DNA of 64,000 nucleotides from Epithemia pelagica (GCA_946965045.2 OX337235.1:2542001-2606000), one strand, 5' to 3'; shown: positions 1 through 11,701, numbered from the stretch's first letter. The notes: generated from the sequence alone by a model not told the origin. Numbers and translations are program-made.

Positions 1-2
1 TG

Positions 3-605
3 GAGGTGTTGGGGTCCGAATATAGCTTTGCTTCTGGCGCAGGTATTTTTGATGGAACCCCTAAAGAGGCACCAGGGGCACTCTTTCGGGAGCAGATCTA
101 CATGGGCTTCTTTGATGGCGGGCAAGCAGAGTTGCGACGCGCCTTGGACGATTTGAGAACCTCGTTTGGACCAGATGATTATCATTTGATTCGGAAAAAC
201 TGCAACAGTTTTGCCAATGCCTTGTGCTGGGTCCTTTTACGCAAAACCATACCGGGTCATGTCAATCGATTAGCAGATCTTGGTGTCTGTTGTAGCTGCT
301 TACTACCCAAAAAACTACTGGAAGAAGCACCGGTTGGCGATCCCAATCGAGGAAGGAGTAGTTCAACCGCAGTATCTTCTGGACAGAAAACCAACTCATC
401 ACATGTAGCTGCATTCAGTGGATCGGGAGCTCGACTAGGTTCTTCGGCAGAAAAGGATAAAACCAGCAGCTGGGGATGGACGTCGACGAACAAAAAAACA
501 GACGACGATTTGACAGATCGACGAGAACGGGCTCGGAAAGCTGCCTTAGCTCGACTCGAACAAAGCAACAAGGATACCATGAGTCAGAACCAAACCGCAT
601 CTTAA
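3..605 (+). CDS. PPPDE/DeSI (peptidase C97) deubiquitinase/desumoylase, 5'-partial
   Basis: EVLGSEYSFA...YHLIRKNCNSFANALC...IPGHVNRLA matches the PPPDE family, with catalytic Cys in NCN. The frame is open to the window edge. Confidence 0.88.
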   Translation, partial: EVLGSEYSFASGAGIFDGTPKEAPGALFREQIYMGFFDGGQAELRRALDDLRTSFGPDDYHLIRKNCNSFANALCWVLLRKTIPGHVNRLADLGVCCSCLLPKKLLEEAPVGDPNRGRSSSTAVSSGQKTNSSHVAAFSGSGARLGSSAEKDKTSSWGWTSTNKKTDDDLTDRRERARKAALARLEQSNKDTMSQNQTAS

Positions 606-1568
606 ATTGTTCTGTGGACACCTTGTTCGGCTAATAACCTTGGTCAAGGACCTATTGTTGGCTTCGTTCCGATCAGTTAGCCAAGACAATCCTAGTAAGT
701 TTCCGTTGTGTGGGATCTATGTACTACGGTAAGCCCTACTCCTAGAGAATGTCAGGGAACTGAGTCCGTGGGAAAACAGTCCTTCATTCCCGGTCTTTTT
801 ACATCACCCATCGACAAAACTCCATGAGAGAAGACCTGGCTTCATGAGGAACCCATACGTGCACGACGAGCATCGACTGCGAGCACTTTTCGAAATACCT
901 CTTACGATGTCGTTGGATACTTACGCTAAAAGATCAAAGCAACCTTTTGTTACCTAGGAGTAACTTCTAGGCAGGTACTCCTACTAGAGGACTGTATCAA
1001 TTATGAATTCTTCGTACTCCTAGGAGTAATATCAAGAACGGGGGTAGACTAGGAGTAGGTTGTATGTTGTATGGCACTTGCACACGTGGACTGACGTACA
1101 CATGTGCAAGCAGCCTGTGTCAGTTGTACTCGTACTGAGTAATGAGTAGAGGAGTAGCTTGGACATCGCAACCGTGCCTTTCTCGTTTCTTTCCGTTCTC
1201 ATCTGTTCGCATCGGCATCTTGTGTCACGTCTGGGTCGTGGAGAAAGTTCCTCGCGAATGACGATCTTTATAACATATACAATTCCCACTTTGAATTAGA
1301 ACCAAGTATTGGGACGGTGCCAAGAACTATTTCTTATAGCGATGCATATGAAAATCAAGTGAGAAAAAGTGAGGAGTGTGCTCTATCCGTTGGTCTTGCT
1401 AATTCATTGGGAGCCGATTTCGTACTAAGTAATCAAGGTCCTCTCACATTTTAACTGAATCGCCATAACAATCTAGTATGAACACCCGGCGTTTCCAAGT
1501 GTATGAACGACCTCCACACATAAACCCCGTTTATTGTGGAAAGTTCCTCTTTGTGCTGAGAGTCCGCC

Positions 1569-2996
1569 ATGACCCCGAGGGCGATCACATCAATGCACGA
1601 TCGACACGGCTATTTGCTGAACGACAGCCCCAACAACGGATCGAATACGAATGTTTATCCATCGATTCGGATAAGCTGTTCGACCACCGGAAAACAGTCC
1701 TGCCACAGCATGCAATCATCATCATGCGAACCAAAGCAGGAAGATATTGTAGACGAATCATTGATCACCCCTCATGAAAATGATGTGCTTTTGGGAAGGT
1801 GCGTTCCGTCTCACCTTGGCGGTGACTGCGTCGAAACTCTCGTGCAAAATCAGTTTCCCTTTCTCTTATCATTTCGTTCATTCGTTGTTTGCAGGGGAGG
1901 GAAAAACAACCAACACTCAGGCAATGAGAAGCTCCGGATTATAGCCCGAGAAGAGTACGGCTCGAAGTATAAGATGTCGTCCAAGAAAGAGAAATCCGCC
2001 ATGTCACGAGAGCTTGTGCGACAGGTGAGAGATTTAGAACCACCGGCGAGGTACGTGATAAGGATGGTGCGTCAGCTTTGTGAAACTTCATGTTTCTAAA
2101 CGAACAACCCTTTCAGATTTCTCAAACGCGATGGCCTTACTGGATCATGGGTTGAAGTCACGGATGATATTGCACGTGAAAAAGCCAGTCAAGTACTGCG
2201 GGATGCTGTGACTCTTCTTCCGGATGGTGAAAATCTAGATCCAATCTCAAACCAAGCGAGTCCTGTTCGTTCATACGAAAGGATACATCATTCTCAACAC
2301 CCAGGAGCTAGAAGCCCTGACTTTGTCACCACACAGGAAATAAGTCTATTGAGGCCGATAGAATCAGTGGCAACGTCGTCATCTTTCCCACCTCCCACTC
2401 CACTGGAAAGTTCTCGCAAACGCCATCGACCTCATTATAGTGAGGAGGGCCCGATTTATGTCCCCGACTATAGAGAACAGTGGCTTCAGAGCGCTCCTCA
2501 ACGGAGTCGTGTCGACCCGTATCCTGGCTACAATTACGGAGGACAAGGACATTTTGCTCCTCAATATGACACATTCAACACTTCGGCTCATCATACGGGA
2601 ACCAGCGAACAGGCCAGTATGTGGCACACATATCCTCCTTCTTTCCATGGTGCCGCACCATGGTATGATCATAGATCGATGGACAGCTTCATGCCCCCAC
2701 GCTCTTCCCAACCCGCCATGCACCCTCAAGAGCGCAATTCTTGGATGCCGCATCAATCGATTCATCCACAGCAGCAAGCTCCAAGAGACTACTCTCACCG
2801 AGTTGACTGGAAGGGTTCAAATCGTCCCGACTCTATAGTAGAACCAAGACAGGCTTCGGGTGCCTCTGCCTATGGAGTGGGTGGTAACAATTCAAATCTC
2901 ACCGAATTCGATCTGTACCATGGGGAGTTGCTTCATCCTTCCGATGAAACACAGCCGCAGAAGTCCGAATCCTCATCCTCCGCTTCGGCAAGGTGA
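1569..2996 (+). CDS. DUF6824-domain protein (paralogue A), 3 exons: 1569-1798, 1895-2050, 2117-2996
   Basis: Spliced product PHENDVLLGR|GGKNNQHSGNEKLR...PPAR|FLKRDGLTGSWVEVTDDIAREKASQVLRD. GT-AG introns 1799-1894 and 2051-2116 restore the frame. The start codon is inferred. Confidence 0.85.
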
Positions 2997-3788
2997 GGAC
3001 ATTCGCCAAGGCTATAGGTTATTCATACAGCCTGGACGTCGCTAGAGAACTAGGTCCTATGGAAGCAAACATGACGGCACAGATCTACCGCGCCGATCAA
3101 TTCTTGTAGGTCTAGAGGTACGACCGCAAGTAACATAAACTGTTACGCTTCTCAAGAATCACGACCTGCATCATTCCTCGAACCATTGAGAGATGAGAGA
3201 GAGCTAAGATCTAAGATTCATACTCATTTTACGTATGTTAATGCTCCCCCTAGAGAAAGAAAGCAAGAAGTCGAAGTCTATTATTTCTCGTATTGTAGAT
3301 GGCGTAGCTAGATGTTTAATGTTTATGCGCAGACTATGTGCTTATCCCGCGCCAACAATTTGTTTCGGACTTGCGCTTTGTCCGTCGGAAAGAAGCCGCT
3401 GGTCCTTCCCCGAACGCCCAGTCCCTTTTGCACATGCCCAACTGCTCCCAACAAGAAATATCATATTAATAATACAGCCCTATGTCTCCATGCAAATGCG
3501 CACGTGCGACTCCCAGTCGTAAGGTTACATCTGCTTGTTATGTGCAGGATGCAGCCACACAACGGGTTTTCTCAAGTCTTGCAAGTCATCTGGGACCAGA
3601 AGATTACCGTCTGATTTCTAAGTATCCATATTTTCTTCCTTCTCAAAACGTACGAGCGTTAACAGGCTATACTAATATGTGGGAACACCCGGCGTGCAAT
3701 TATGTGCACGAAACAAACTCTCACATTAAAAGCTCCGCTCCGCCCTCTTCGTCGACGGAGAGTTCATTCTTTGATGTACAACTCCGCC

Positions 3789-5431
3789 ATGAAAAGACAA
3801 ATTGAAACTATGCGCGGACAACACTTCTACTGGCAAAATGAGGGTACACCAATCGAATCAAGGACACATCTCCATCCACCGATGCGACTAGGCTATTCCT
3901 CGAGGGGGCATTACACCTATCCAAGTCCATATCACCAACCGTGCGCCATGGAATCATCTTACCATCATGCTTATCATGAAGGCCTCGTTATCGATGAATC
4001 GTTGATCAGCCCTCATGAAAACGATGTGCTGATGGGAAGGTACGCTTTAGTATCGCTACTCGCACCTCTGTTCTGATATTTTAGATTCGAAGGCTCACAT
4101 CGACCTCATTCATCTGTTGATCTTATTGCTTGGGCAGGGGTGGGAAAAACAACCAACACACTGGCAACGAAAAACTCCGAATTTTGGCGCGTAGCTACTG
4201 TTCGAAATACAGAGTTTCTTCAAAGAAGGAGAAATCAGCAATCTCCAGAGACCTTGTGCAACAGATGCGCGAACTACAGCCACCAGCGAGGTACGTCATC
4301 AGTAACACCACAATGTACGAAAATGCAGCTGATTGATCTTGGTTGGTGCTCACTCGACAATATTTTAGATTTTTAAAACGTGATAGCCACACCGGATCCT
4401 GGGTTGATGTCGGGGATGACATTGCCCGTGAAAAGGCAAGCCAAGTGCTCCGCGATGCGGTGGCTCTCATGCACGAAGATGGGTTGCCGGAATCTAGCAC
4501 CATTGTCGTCGCGGATCCTTCCTCGTCAGCAGGAGCCGACCAGGATCTCGCGGTACCAACTCCTAGTGCATCATGCTCAAAATTGCCGAAAGGATCAAGT
4601 CCAGACAGATATGTATCGCAAGTGACAGATTCAACAGGGTCTTCGACATCAGTTAGTCGACCACATTATACCCCTTCCCTTGTTGACTCGGTGAACACAT
4701 CGGCTTCATTCCCTCCACCGACTCCTGTTGAAAGTTCTCGAAAACGCCATCGATCACATTATAGTGAAGATGATAATGTTTTATTGCAAGAAGAGTGGCT
4801 GCAACCACATGGACCTTCAGTTGAAGATTGGCTGGAGAGCCCGTCCAGGCGACGGCGCTCGGATCCTCACCCGGGATATAGCCCCGAAACGTACAGTGAA
4901 CTACGACGGCACTCGGCGCCTCGATATGATACACCTGGTGACTACGCGTCTTCCTCGCACCATCACCACCACCGGCGCCTTAGCAGTGGTACTGACTTCT
5001 CAGGGGAGTCGCAACAACGTGAATGTTCCTCTGCCTCCAACAGATCGGATCGCTCCTCGTACTACTACCGTCAAGTCCCAAGCTCGATGCCACCACCACC
5101 GCCCTCTTCTTCTCAGTCCTACCGGCATGGATATTCTACTGGCCAACAAGCTAATTTTAGAGAATTCTCTTCTTCGGCAGTCTATCACGACGTCTATCCC
5201 CACCACCAACGCCATCACGGAGCCACATCTCAATGGAAAAAACAGCATCGGCCAGAGACTATCGCAGCGGCAAGACAGGCTTCCACAGCTTCCCATGGGT
5301 CATTGTTTGGAGAAGGTGGCAACAGTGGAGGCCTCAACGAGTTTGATTTGTTCAACGGGGAACTCCTGGACGATATGAACAACGAAATGTATCCAAATCT
5401 TGGGGCGTCGTCGTCAGCCTCACCACGTTGA
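3789..5431 (+). CDS. DUF6824-domain protein (paralogue B), 3 exons: 3789-4039, 4138-4290, 4369-5431
   Basis: PHENDVLMGR|GGKNNQHTGNEKLR...PPAR|FLKRDSHTGSWVDVGDDIAREKASQVLRD. GT-AG introns 4040-4137 and 4291-4368 sit at the same positions as in paralogue A. Confidence 0.85.
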
Positions 5432-5581
5432 CATGTATAATTCGATAAAGGAGAAATATGAATTTTATAGAAGCTCATAAGGTGATGATCCTAGAAGAAA
5501 ATCCATGCCCAATTCTTTTTTCATTGACATGCAAAAATACACTAGGAGCAGGGGCTGTGTGTTCGGTCTAGGAAGCCGTCG

Positions 5582-6892
5582 CTACTGTTCGTCTCCACTG
5601 TTTCCCCTTCGGAACCATAATAGCGAACACAGTTTGGCCACACACATGGCTTGGAGTCTTGCGCAACCTACTAGAATTGGTTTGAGCAGTTGACAAATGG
5701 CGGACAACAGGTATTGAAATCCTGCGGCACCACCAGGCAAAAAGCTCACCAGGTAGTATATCAAGGCGAGGAGTTGCGCGCCGCTGGCACTCAGGACCAA
5801 CGAATATCCCGAAGCTCCTCCTCTTGTAAATGTGAAGTATAGAGTCAAGAACATGGATCCAAAATACACAAAGGTAAAATACAAGCGATCAGCCGACAAC
5901 ATGCTTTTGAGATGCTCAATGGGGCCTGGGTTTAACAAATGTCATTTATCGTAGCGATCGTATTTGTTGGTGGAATTGGATAGAACCAAAGAGCAACAAG
6001 GGAAACCAAAAGCAGTAGTTTAGAGTTAGAGATGATACCTTGCAATAAAAGAAAGATGATGCACACAAACCTGTTAATATGCCAAAGCTTGCCATAAACG
6101 TTAAGGATCCCATTGTCTAGAAGAAGTGACCAAGACATATGAATGGTGCAAAAGAACAACCCTCAACCAGCATTAGATCTTGAACTGCCATTAAAAGGAG
6201 TCTATATGATGGTACCTTTGCTCGTGGAACCACTTACAAAGCTTATGGCGAATTTTTGTGGCCGCGCCACCATAGTGGGAACACCGACAAAGAACGCCAA
6301 AGCAAAGAAGAGAGCCGAAAGAACCAACAATGCGCAAAACACCTGAAAATAATCTCGTCAGAAAAAAAAATTTTATCCAAAAAGTATGGATCCAAACCAA
6401 CCAGAGAACAAAACATTGAGAAAGGAAATCCAATCAGAACATCTGAAACTCCTGGATTTTCCCCAAGTTTATGAGAACTGAGGGCGGAGGTTTAAGATTG
6501 TTTGACGAATCTCTGGTATTTCCATAGCCTACAAGTTTGTTCGGTGGATATGGTCTCAGGGACAAACAAGATCCCAGACAGTGGCCTCTCGCAGTGTCAT
6601 TCTAGCCACTGAGTGACGTTTCTTCATCGTTCAAAGGTCGACTTGCCTGAAATCGTTGCTGGTACCCCATTCCCATAATTTGTTTGGGCATTTGAGATTC
6701 CATTGAAGCCTTCATATTGTTCCAGCTCAAGCCTTCCATGGTGGCAGGATCGATTTGGAACAATGGCAGCAGTTCAGTCCCTTCCAAACCCATCATCCAT
6801 GACGAACTGGAACTTGATCCCCCTTCGTCTTGCGCTTTCTTCTCTTGATACCATTGTCCAAATCCAGTCTGTGAGGATGAAGACGTCGACAT
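5582..6892 (-). CDS. SFT2: Got1/Sft2-family vesicle transport protein, 4 exons: 6892-6647, 6342-6238, 6116-6071, 5925-5582
   Basis: Spliced product MGYQQRFQ|VFCALLVLSALFFALAFFVGVPTMVARPQKFAISF|TMGSLTFMASFGILTG|PIEHLKSMLSADRLYFTFVYFGSMFLTLY...QLLALIYYLVSFLPGGAAG, which is the typical Sft2 four-TM pattern. Confidence 0.88.
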
Positions 6893-7162
6893 GTTGAACA
6901 ACAAGAGGTTGACTGCTTTCCTGAAGCGATGTCAGGGCGACATCTCATTCTCATTGTCTACCTATAAGCGACCCTTATGCGATTTAAAGGCCGTAGTGCG
7001 GTCGATGCCGGCGCGCAACCCCTTCCCTGTCATTTTTTCGTCATTTTTTTTCGATTGCAGATCATTCTTTCATTTTTCTTGATCGGGAGCGTTGTTCTTG
7101 CCAATCGATTCATTCCTTCTCACTCGATTCCCATTGCTTCATAGACGAACTTCAATTTGACC

Positions 7163-7760
7163 ATGGCTAAGGATGCAATGTATGCAGTTCTATGGATCTT
7201 GTTATTGATCTTTATCGCCTGGCCTGTGGCTGGTATTTGTTGTGCCGTATGGTTGTTTCTACAGGTACGTGTCTTTGGTCCTTGTGGGCTTTACCTGCAA
7301 CAACAACCCATTTTGCCCCTATTTCCTTCGCTGTTGGTCTCGTTCATGACCGTTTGCTCATGGGCCTTTCTGCTTCTTCTGTCTTCAATTTTTGTTTTCA
7401 CTTCATTTCTATGACAATACGACTTTACCTCATCATGAACCTGAAACTGTGATTCATCCTTCTACTGTCTTCTTTCATGAAATTAGGCATTTGAGGGTCT
7501 CTTTCCATTTGTCAAGAAAATCAATGAGTTCTTGGAAAAACTCATTACATGGCCACGAGAATGTGGCAATGGTACGTTGAAAAGTGGACCAACCCCTGAC
7601 CATCCGGTACAACTTGAATCTTGAATCAACCTTACCCATCTTGTTTCTTCTCGTGAACAACGTTTGTTGCATTAAATCACAAAAACCAACCAATAATCTC
7701 CATGCCTCAATGCCGGTAGCTATCGCTCGTTGCTCGTCCACCTTTCCCAAGCCTTACTAA
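7163..7760 (+). CDS. Small (75 aa) hydrophobic protein, 3 exons: 7163-7264, 7487-7571, 7720-7760
   Basis: GT-AG introns 7265-7486 and 7572-7719 give MAKDAMYAVLWILLLIFIAWPVAGICCAVWLFLQ|AFEGLFPFVKKINEFLEKLITWPRECGN|AIARCSSTFPKPY*. The frame is preserved across both junctions. Confidence 0.7.
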
Positions 7761-8131
7761 AACGACAACGAGACACATCTGTCCATTGGAATGCAGGTTT
7801 CTCAAGCATGTTCATGATAGAATCTTGTCTGGTATGCAGCAACGACAACACAGGTTCTAGAGGAAGCCTCATTCGAAAAAGGAAAGAAGGAAGCCTCTGT
7901 CGAACGAAGGTGTGAATTGTGAATGGAAAAGAGAGTTGTGATATTTGTGCCACCTGTATTCTATCAACTGAAGTCTTGGTATAGACTAAGTACTTGTATA
8001 GTCAAATCATTGTGGATCTGTAGGTCCTCTTTTTGATCCTTGGATCACCCAGTATCTTGTTGATGTCTCGGGCGATGGATTTCACCAGGAACGTTCCTGA
8101 CACGGCAACGCACGTTGTTGCTCACTCTACC

Positions 8132-9868
8132 TCATTCACAGGGATCGTGTCCCCATTGTCCCAAAGTGTGCCGAAAGAAGTCTGGAGAACTTATAGTAAC
8201 TTCGGGCAGAGGAACAAAGTGGTCGAGTATCCATTTCGAAGCCGTCTTGCCAATTGATACGAGCTGTTGTCGCAAAGGTGTGAATTTTGCATCGCAAATG
8301 GATATCTCACGACGAAGAACATGGTCCGATTCGTTAAACTGTTGCTGTCTTGCTCCATGGTCTTCTGTTTCTCGATGTTGCAACGATTGAAGCCATGTCG
8401 TTGTCGATGCATTGCGGTGATCATTCTGGGTATGATTTACAGAAAGTATGGCAGGGGGTCTCATGTCATCCAGTTGTAGGTACACGGACAAATCCTCTCG
8501 CAAGGCTTGAGCCACGGTAGGATGGCGGGCGCCATGAAGTTGGGACAGATCGTACAAAAATACAGGATTCGGGACGGGTGGCGACAAGACTTGATGGCGA
8601 AGGGGTTTCATTGATTTAGCGTGTCTTAATAACCACCGAGACAAGAAGGAGTCATTGTCCTCTGTCTCCCAGACCAAATGGGTACTGTTAGAGGATGTTT
8701 TGCCCAAGAGAGCCAAATAGACATGCCACATGGCCCGTTCAAGACAGATTTCGCGCTTGCACTTGTGAATGTCCTGGATGGGTTCGGTGTCGTTGTGACT
8801 CGGAATGTTCACGACAAAGTCGGACATGGTAGGAATGGTTCGAACCGTGGAGAGGGGCAAGGTCTGTCGACGATAATTGTAAATGCTTTGAAACCACCAT
8901 ACGGGATGCCGTACGCCAATTACCAGTTTGGTGTGAGGCCAATAGTCACGAAACAAGGCCAGTTCGTGTGGTCGACGAATTTGTACCGGTCCTTTGTATC
9001 CACAACAATAAGGGCTCGTAGTAGACGATGAAGCCGCAGAGGTCTTGGAGTTTGAATCCATCACTGCACCGCGACATCCTTCTACGAGCAATGTCGGTGA
9101 CAGGTCCTTTGGATTGGCCATGGCCGAAGAGCTGTGCTGTAACGAAGATACAGAAGCCAGGGATGACTTATATGTTTCAGACAGCATGTTTGTCATATGC
9201 TCGAGTACAGCCGCTTGGTTTGGAGGAAAGGAAGGGGCGTTTGTCGCCATGTAATCGAGGGGGTGATATTCCTCGTGGTGCATGCAAAGACGTGCAATAC
9301 GAGGGATGGGACGTGAAAGTAAAAGAGCGTGGGGAGATGACACTTCTTCATCTTCTTGAAGTGCTTGTGGATGGACAGACAATTCTCCTTTCAACCATCG
9401 CTTGAGAAACGTGGTGCCACATTTGGAAAATCCCAAAATTGCAAAATAAGGAGCCACATATTTTGTACTGTCGCCCATGACTTTGTCGGCAGTCTCCTCA
9501 GAGCCATTGTCTTCTACGTGAGATGACATTGACTGTGGTTGTTGTGTAGACAAAAATGATTTCAGAACGGAGGAATCGTTGAATTCGACAGACGATTTAT
9601 TCAACGAGACTGGTTTTGAAGGTGCCGTTGACTCGCTGTGTTTTGCGGGCGGGAAGATTGTTGTGTTTGGGCCTTGATGATGGGTGACTTTGTCGAATAC
9701 GATGGACGATGATGACGACGACGAAAATGCTGATATGGATTCATTCAGTGAAGGTAGAGTGGTCCAAGTCATCACGAGAACAAGGATGAGTGCTGTTCCT
9801 CCAATTACTGCCATCATGCGTTTGCTCTTGGTTCCTCCATTGTCGCGTCTTCTTCGATGTACAATCAT
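8132..9868 (-). CDS. Type II membrane P-loop sulfotransferase-like protein
   Basis: N-terminal TM (AVIGGTALILVLVMTW), 5'-PSB-like PYFAILGFSKCGTTFLKRWL and 3'-PB-like KLVIGVRHPVWWFQSIYNY in a 578-aa single ORF. Confidence 0.75.
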   Translation of the reverse strand: MIVHRRRRDNGGTKSKRMMAVIGGTALILVLVMTWTTLPSLNESISAFSSSSSSSIVFDKVTHHQGPNTTIFPPAKHSESTAPSKPVSLNKSSVEFNDSSVLKSFLSTQQPQSMSSHVEDNGSEETADKVMGDSTKYVAPYFAILGFSKCGTTFLKRWLKGELSVHPQALQEDEEVSSPHALLLSRPIPRIARLCMHHEEYHPLDYMATNAPSFPPNQAAVLEHMTNMLSETYKSSLASVSSLQHSSSAMANPKDLSPTLLVEGCRGAVMDSNSKTSAASSSTTSPYCCGYKGPVQIRRPHELALFRDYWPHTKLVIGVRHPVWWFQSIYNYRRQTLPLSTVRTIPTMSDFVVNIPSHNDTEPIQDIHKCKREICLERAMWHVYLALLGKTSSNSTHLVWETEDNDSFLSRWLLRHAKSMKPLRHQVLSPPVPNPVFLYDLSQLHGARHPTVAQALREDLSVYLQLDDMRPPAILSVNHTQNDHRNASTTTWLQSLQHRETEDHGARQQQFNESDHVLRREISICDAKFTPLRQQLVSIGKTASKWILDHFVPLPEVTISSPDFFRHTLGQWGHDPCE

Positions 9869-10242
9869 CTGTGGATAACAGCAACCCAGCTCACACTAGC
9901 GTTTTGTCACAGGGAGTGGACCACCCGAACAAGACGGAGAGACAAAAAGTGGCGATAGATAGCTCCCCCGACGTCTTATGGACACAGGCGCAGATCTGCG
10001 CGAGGCCGTGCGTGTGACCAACAAGAAAATATGAGGTCGCGTTAAGGTCACAGAACCTATCCCGTCTCACTTCCGAATTGGGTATTCGGCATTCGACGTC
10101 ATCGTATCTTTGATGGATCTAAGTAAGACTTTTAGGAGTAAGAATTCTGCTGTGATTGTGATGGTAAATATGAGATTGTTGTTGATGATTGCTTGGTCAA
10201 AGGACTGATTAGCGCCTTGCTTGATTGCGTGATATGGTCTTG

Positions 10243-10971
10243 CTAATTGGAGCACGTGGTATGGCAGGTGGCATGGTCATCCATTGCCACAACAGAGATG
10301 GCTACTTCCGGAGGAACGCACTTGGTGAAGCTTGCGACTTCTTCGCCGTCCGGACTCTCCTTTTTGAAATCGACAAGAACGCCGTGACCCTCCTTGCACG
10401 TGCATGTGCATGGGGCGGGACATCCATCTGGTTCGCAACAACCGCATTGGTCGGTGATGAGAGCAACCTTGTCGTCGATACAGGCGGAATTCGTCTTGGC
10501 TTCGCCAGTGACTGGATTGTAGACCGTACGGCAGACCCAAGTGCCGCTAATGACATCCTGCCAGAAGCGAGGACGTGGGGGCTGGCACTTTGGCTGATCG
10601 TCCGCAACGGGGCAAGTAATATTGTGGATATACTTTTCAAAGGGAAACGGAGGGAATGGACCACCAGGAGGATGGAATCCTCCTCTTCCACCGGCGGGCG
10701 GGTGTTCCGGCATGTGACTACCGCGCATGTGGGCACCAGGTTTGGTGGGAAAATCTTTCACCTTTATCATTTCATCCATTTCTTGCTCGTCTAGAAAGAA
10801 ATCAAGATAGTTATCCCACTCGTTCTTGTGTTTGCCATGTTGGTCGACCATGGTGCGTTTGTGAAGCAGACCACCGCCATGCTTCATTCCATGTTGGGCA
10901 AAGGGACCTCCATCTTGCGCGGAAATGCCAGAAATAAACGAAAGAGACAACAAACCGACCTGAAGGAACAT
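10243..10971 (-). CDS. Secreted cysteine-rich protein of unknown function
   Basis: Signal-peptide-like MFLQVGLLSLSFISGISAQD. The C-terminal half has 14 Cys, including QCGCCEPDGCPAPCTCTC. Confidence 0.7.
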   Translation of the reverse strand: MFLQVGLLSLSFISGISAQDGGPFAQHGMKHGGGLLHKRTMVDQHGKHKNEWDNYLDFFLDEQEMDEMIKVKDFPTKPGAHMRGSHMPEHPPAGGRGGFHPPGGPFPPFPFEKYIHNITCPVADDQPKCQPPRPRFWQDVISGTWVCRTVYNPVTGEAKTNSACIDDKVALITDQCGCCEPDGCPAPCTCTCKEGHGVLVDFKKESPDGEEVASFTKCVPPEVAISVVAMDDHATCHTTCSN

Positions 10972-11701
10972 TGTGCAATATGGCTGAAACAAAAACATAA
11001 GTGGGTCAGAACCAGTCTGCCTCGCATCCTCATGTACATACGACATTGCTTCCTGATCAGATACTTGCTCTCTAAAGTTTTCTTACCTTGATAAAGAAGG
11101 TGTGTGGTTGCGTTTTGCAAAATTGTGTGAATGATTTTGTGAGCCTACCAAACTCAAAACGAGAAATATGGTGGTGGTCCAACGAGACTGCAGAATCTTT
11201 CAAGAAGTCGTGCCAAAACAGTTGCACAACTTTTGAATGGTATTCATTGTGTTGACACTCTCATCAAGTGGAGGTACGTGTTCGAAGGATACCTTTGATA
11301 TGAGAAGATACGATCGAGACTGGCATCGGTCGTGCCAATTGCTTTCCTTAGGCCTTAATTCTCGTCTCTAGGTGCACTATCTCTCTCGGAGAGCAAGGAA
11401 GTGTGACTGGAATTCTACATGTGGGACAGCCTAGCATCAGCTACCCCATGGAGATTTTAGTAGGTGCTCCTACTCTCTATTCCTGCTCCTAGAGGAGTAT
11501 TTTTCTTGCTCCAACCTACTCCTCGTTCATGATAAGCCCAAAGACTTACAAGTACGTAGTTCTGGTTCACTGTGACAGTTTTCTATTTCTCATGCGAACT
11601 ACTGGATTGATTCTGCAGAGGGTGGGACAGCAATTTGGCAAGATTGGACGGAATCCAACGGTTTGGAATCGAACCATTTCTCGTCCTTTCTGATATGACG
11701 A

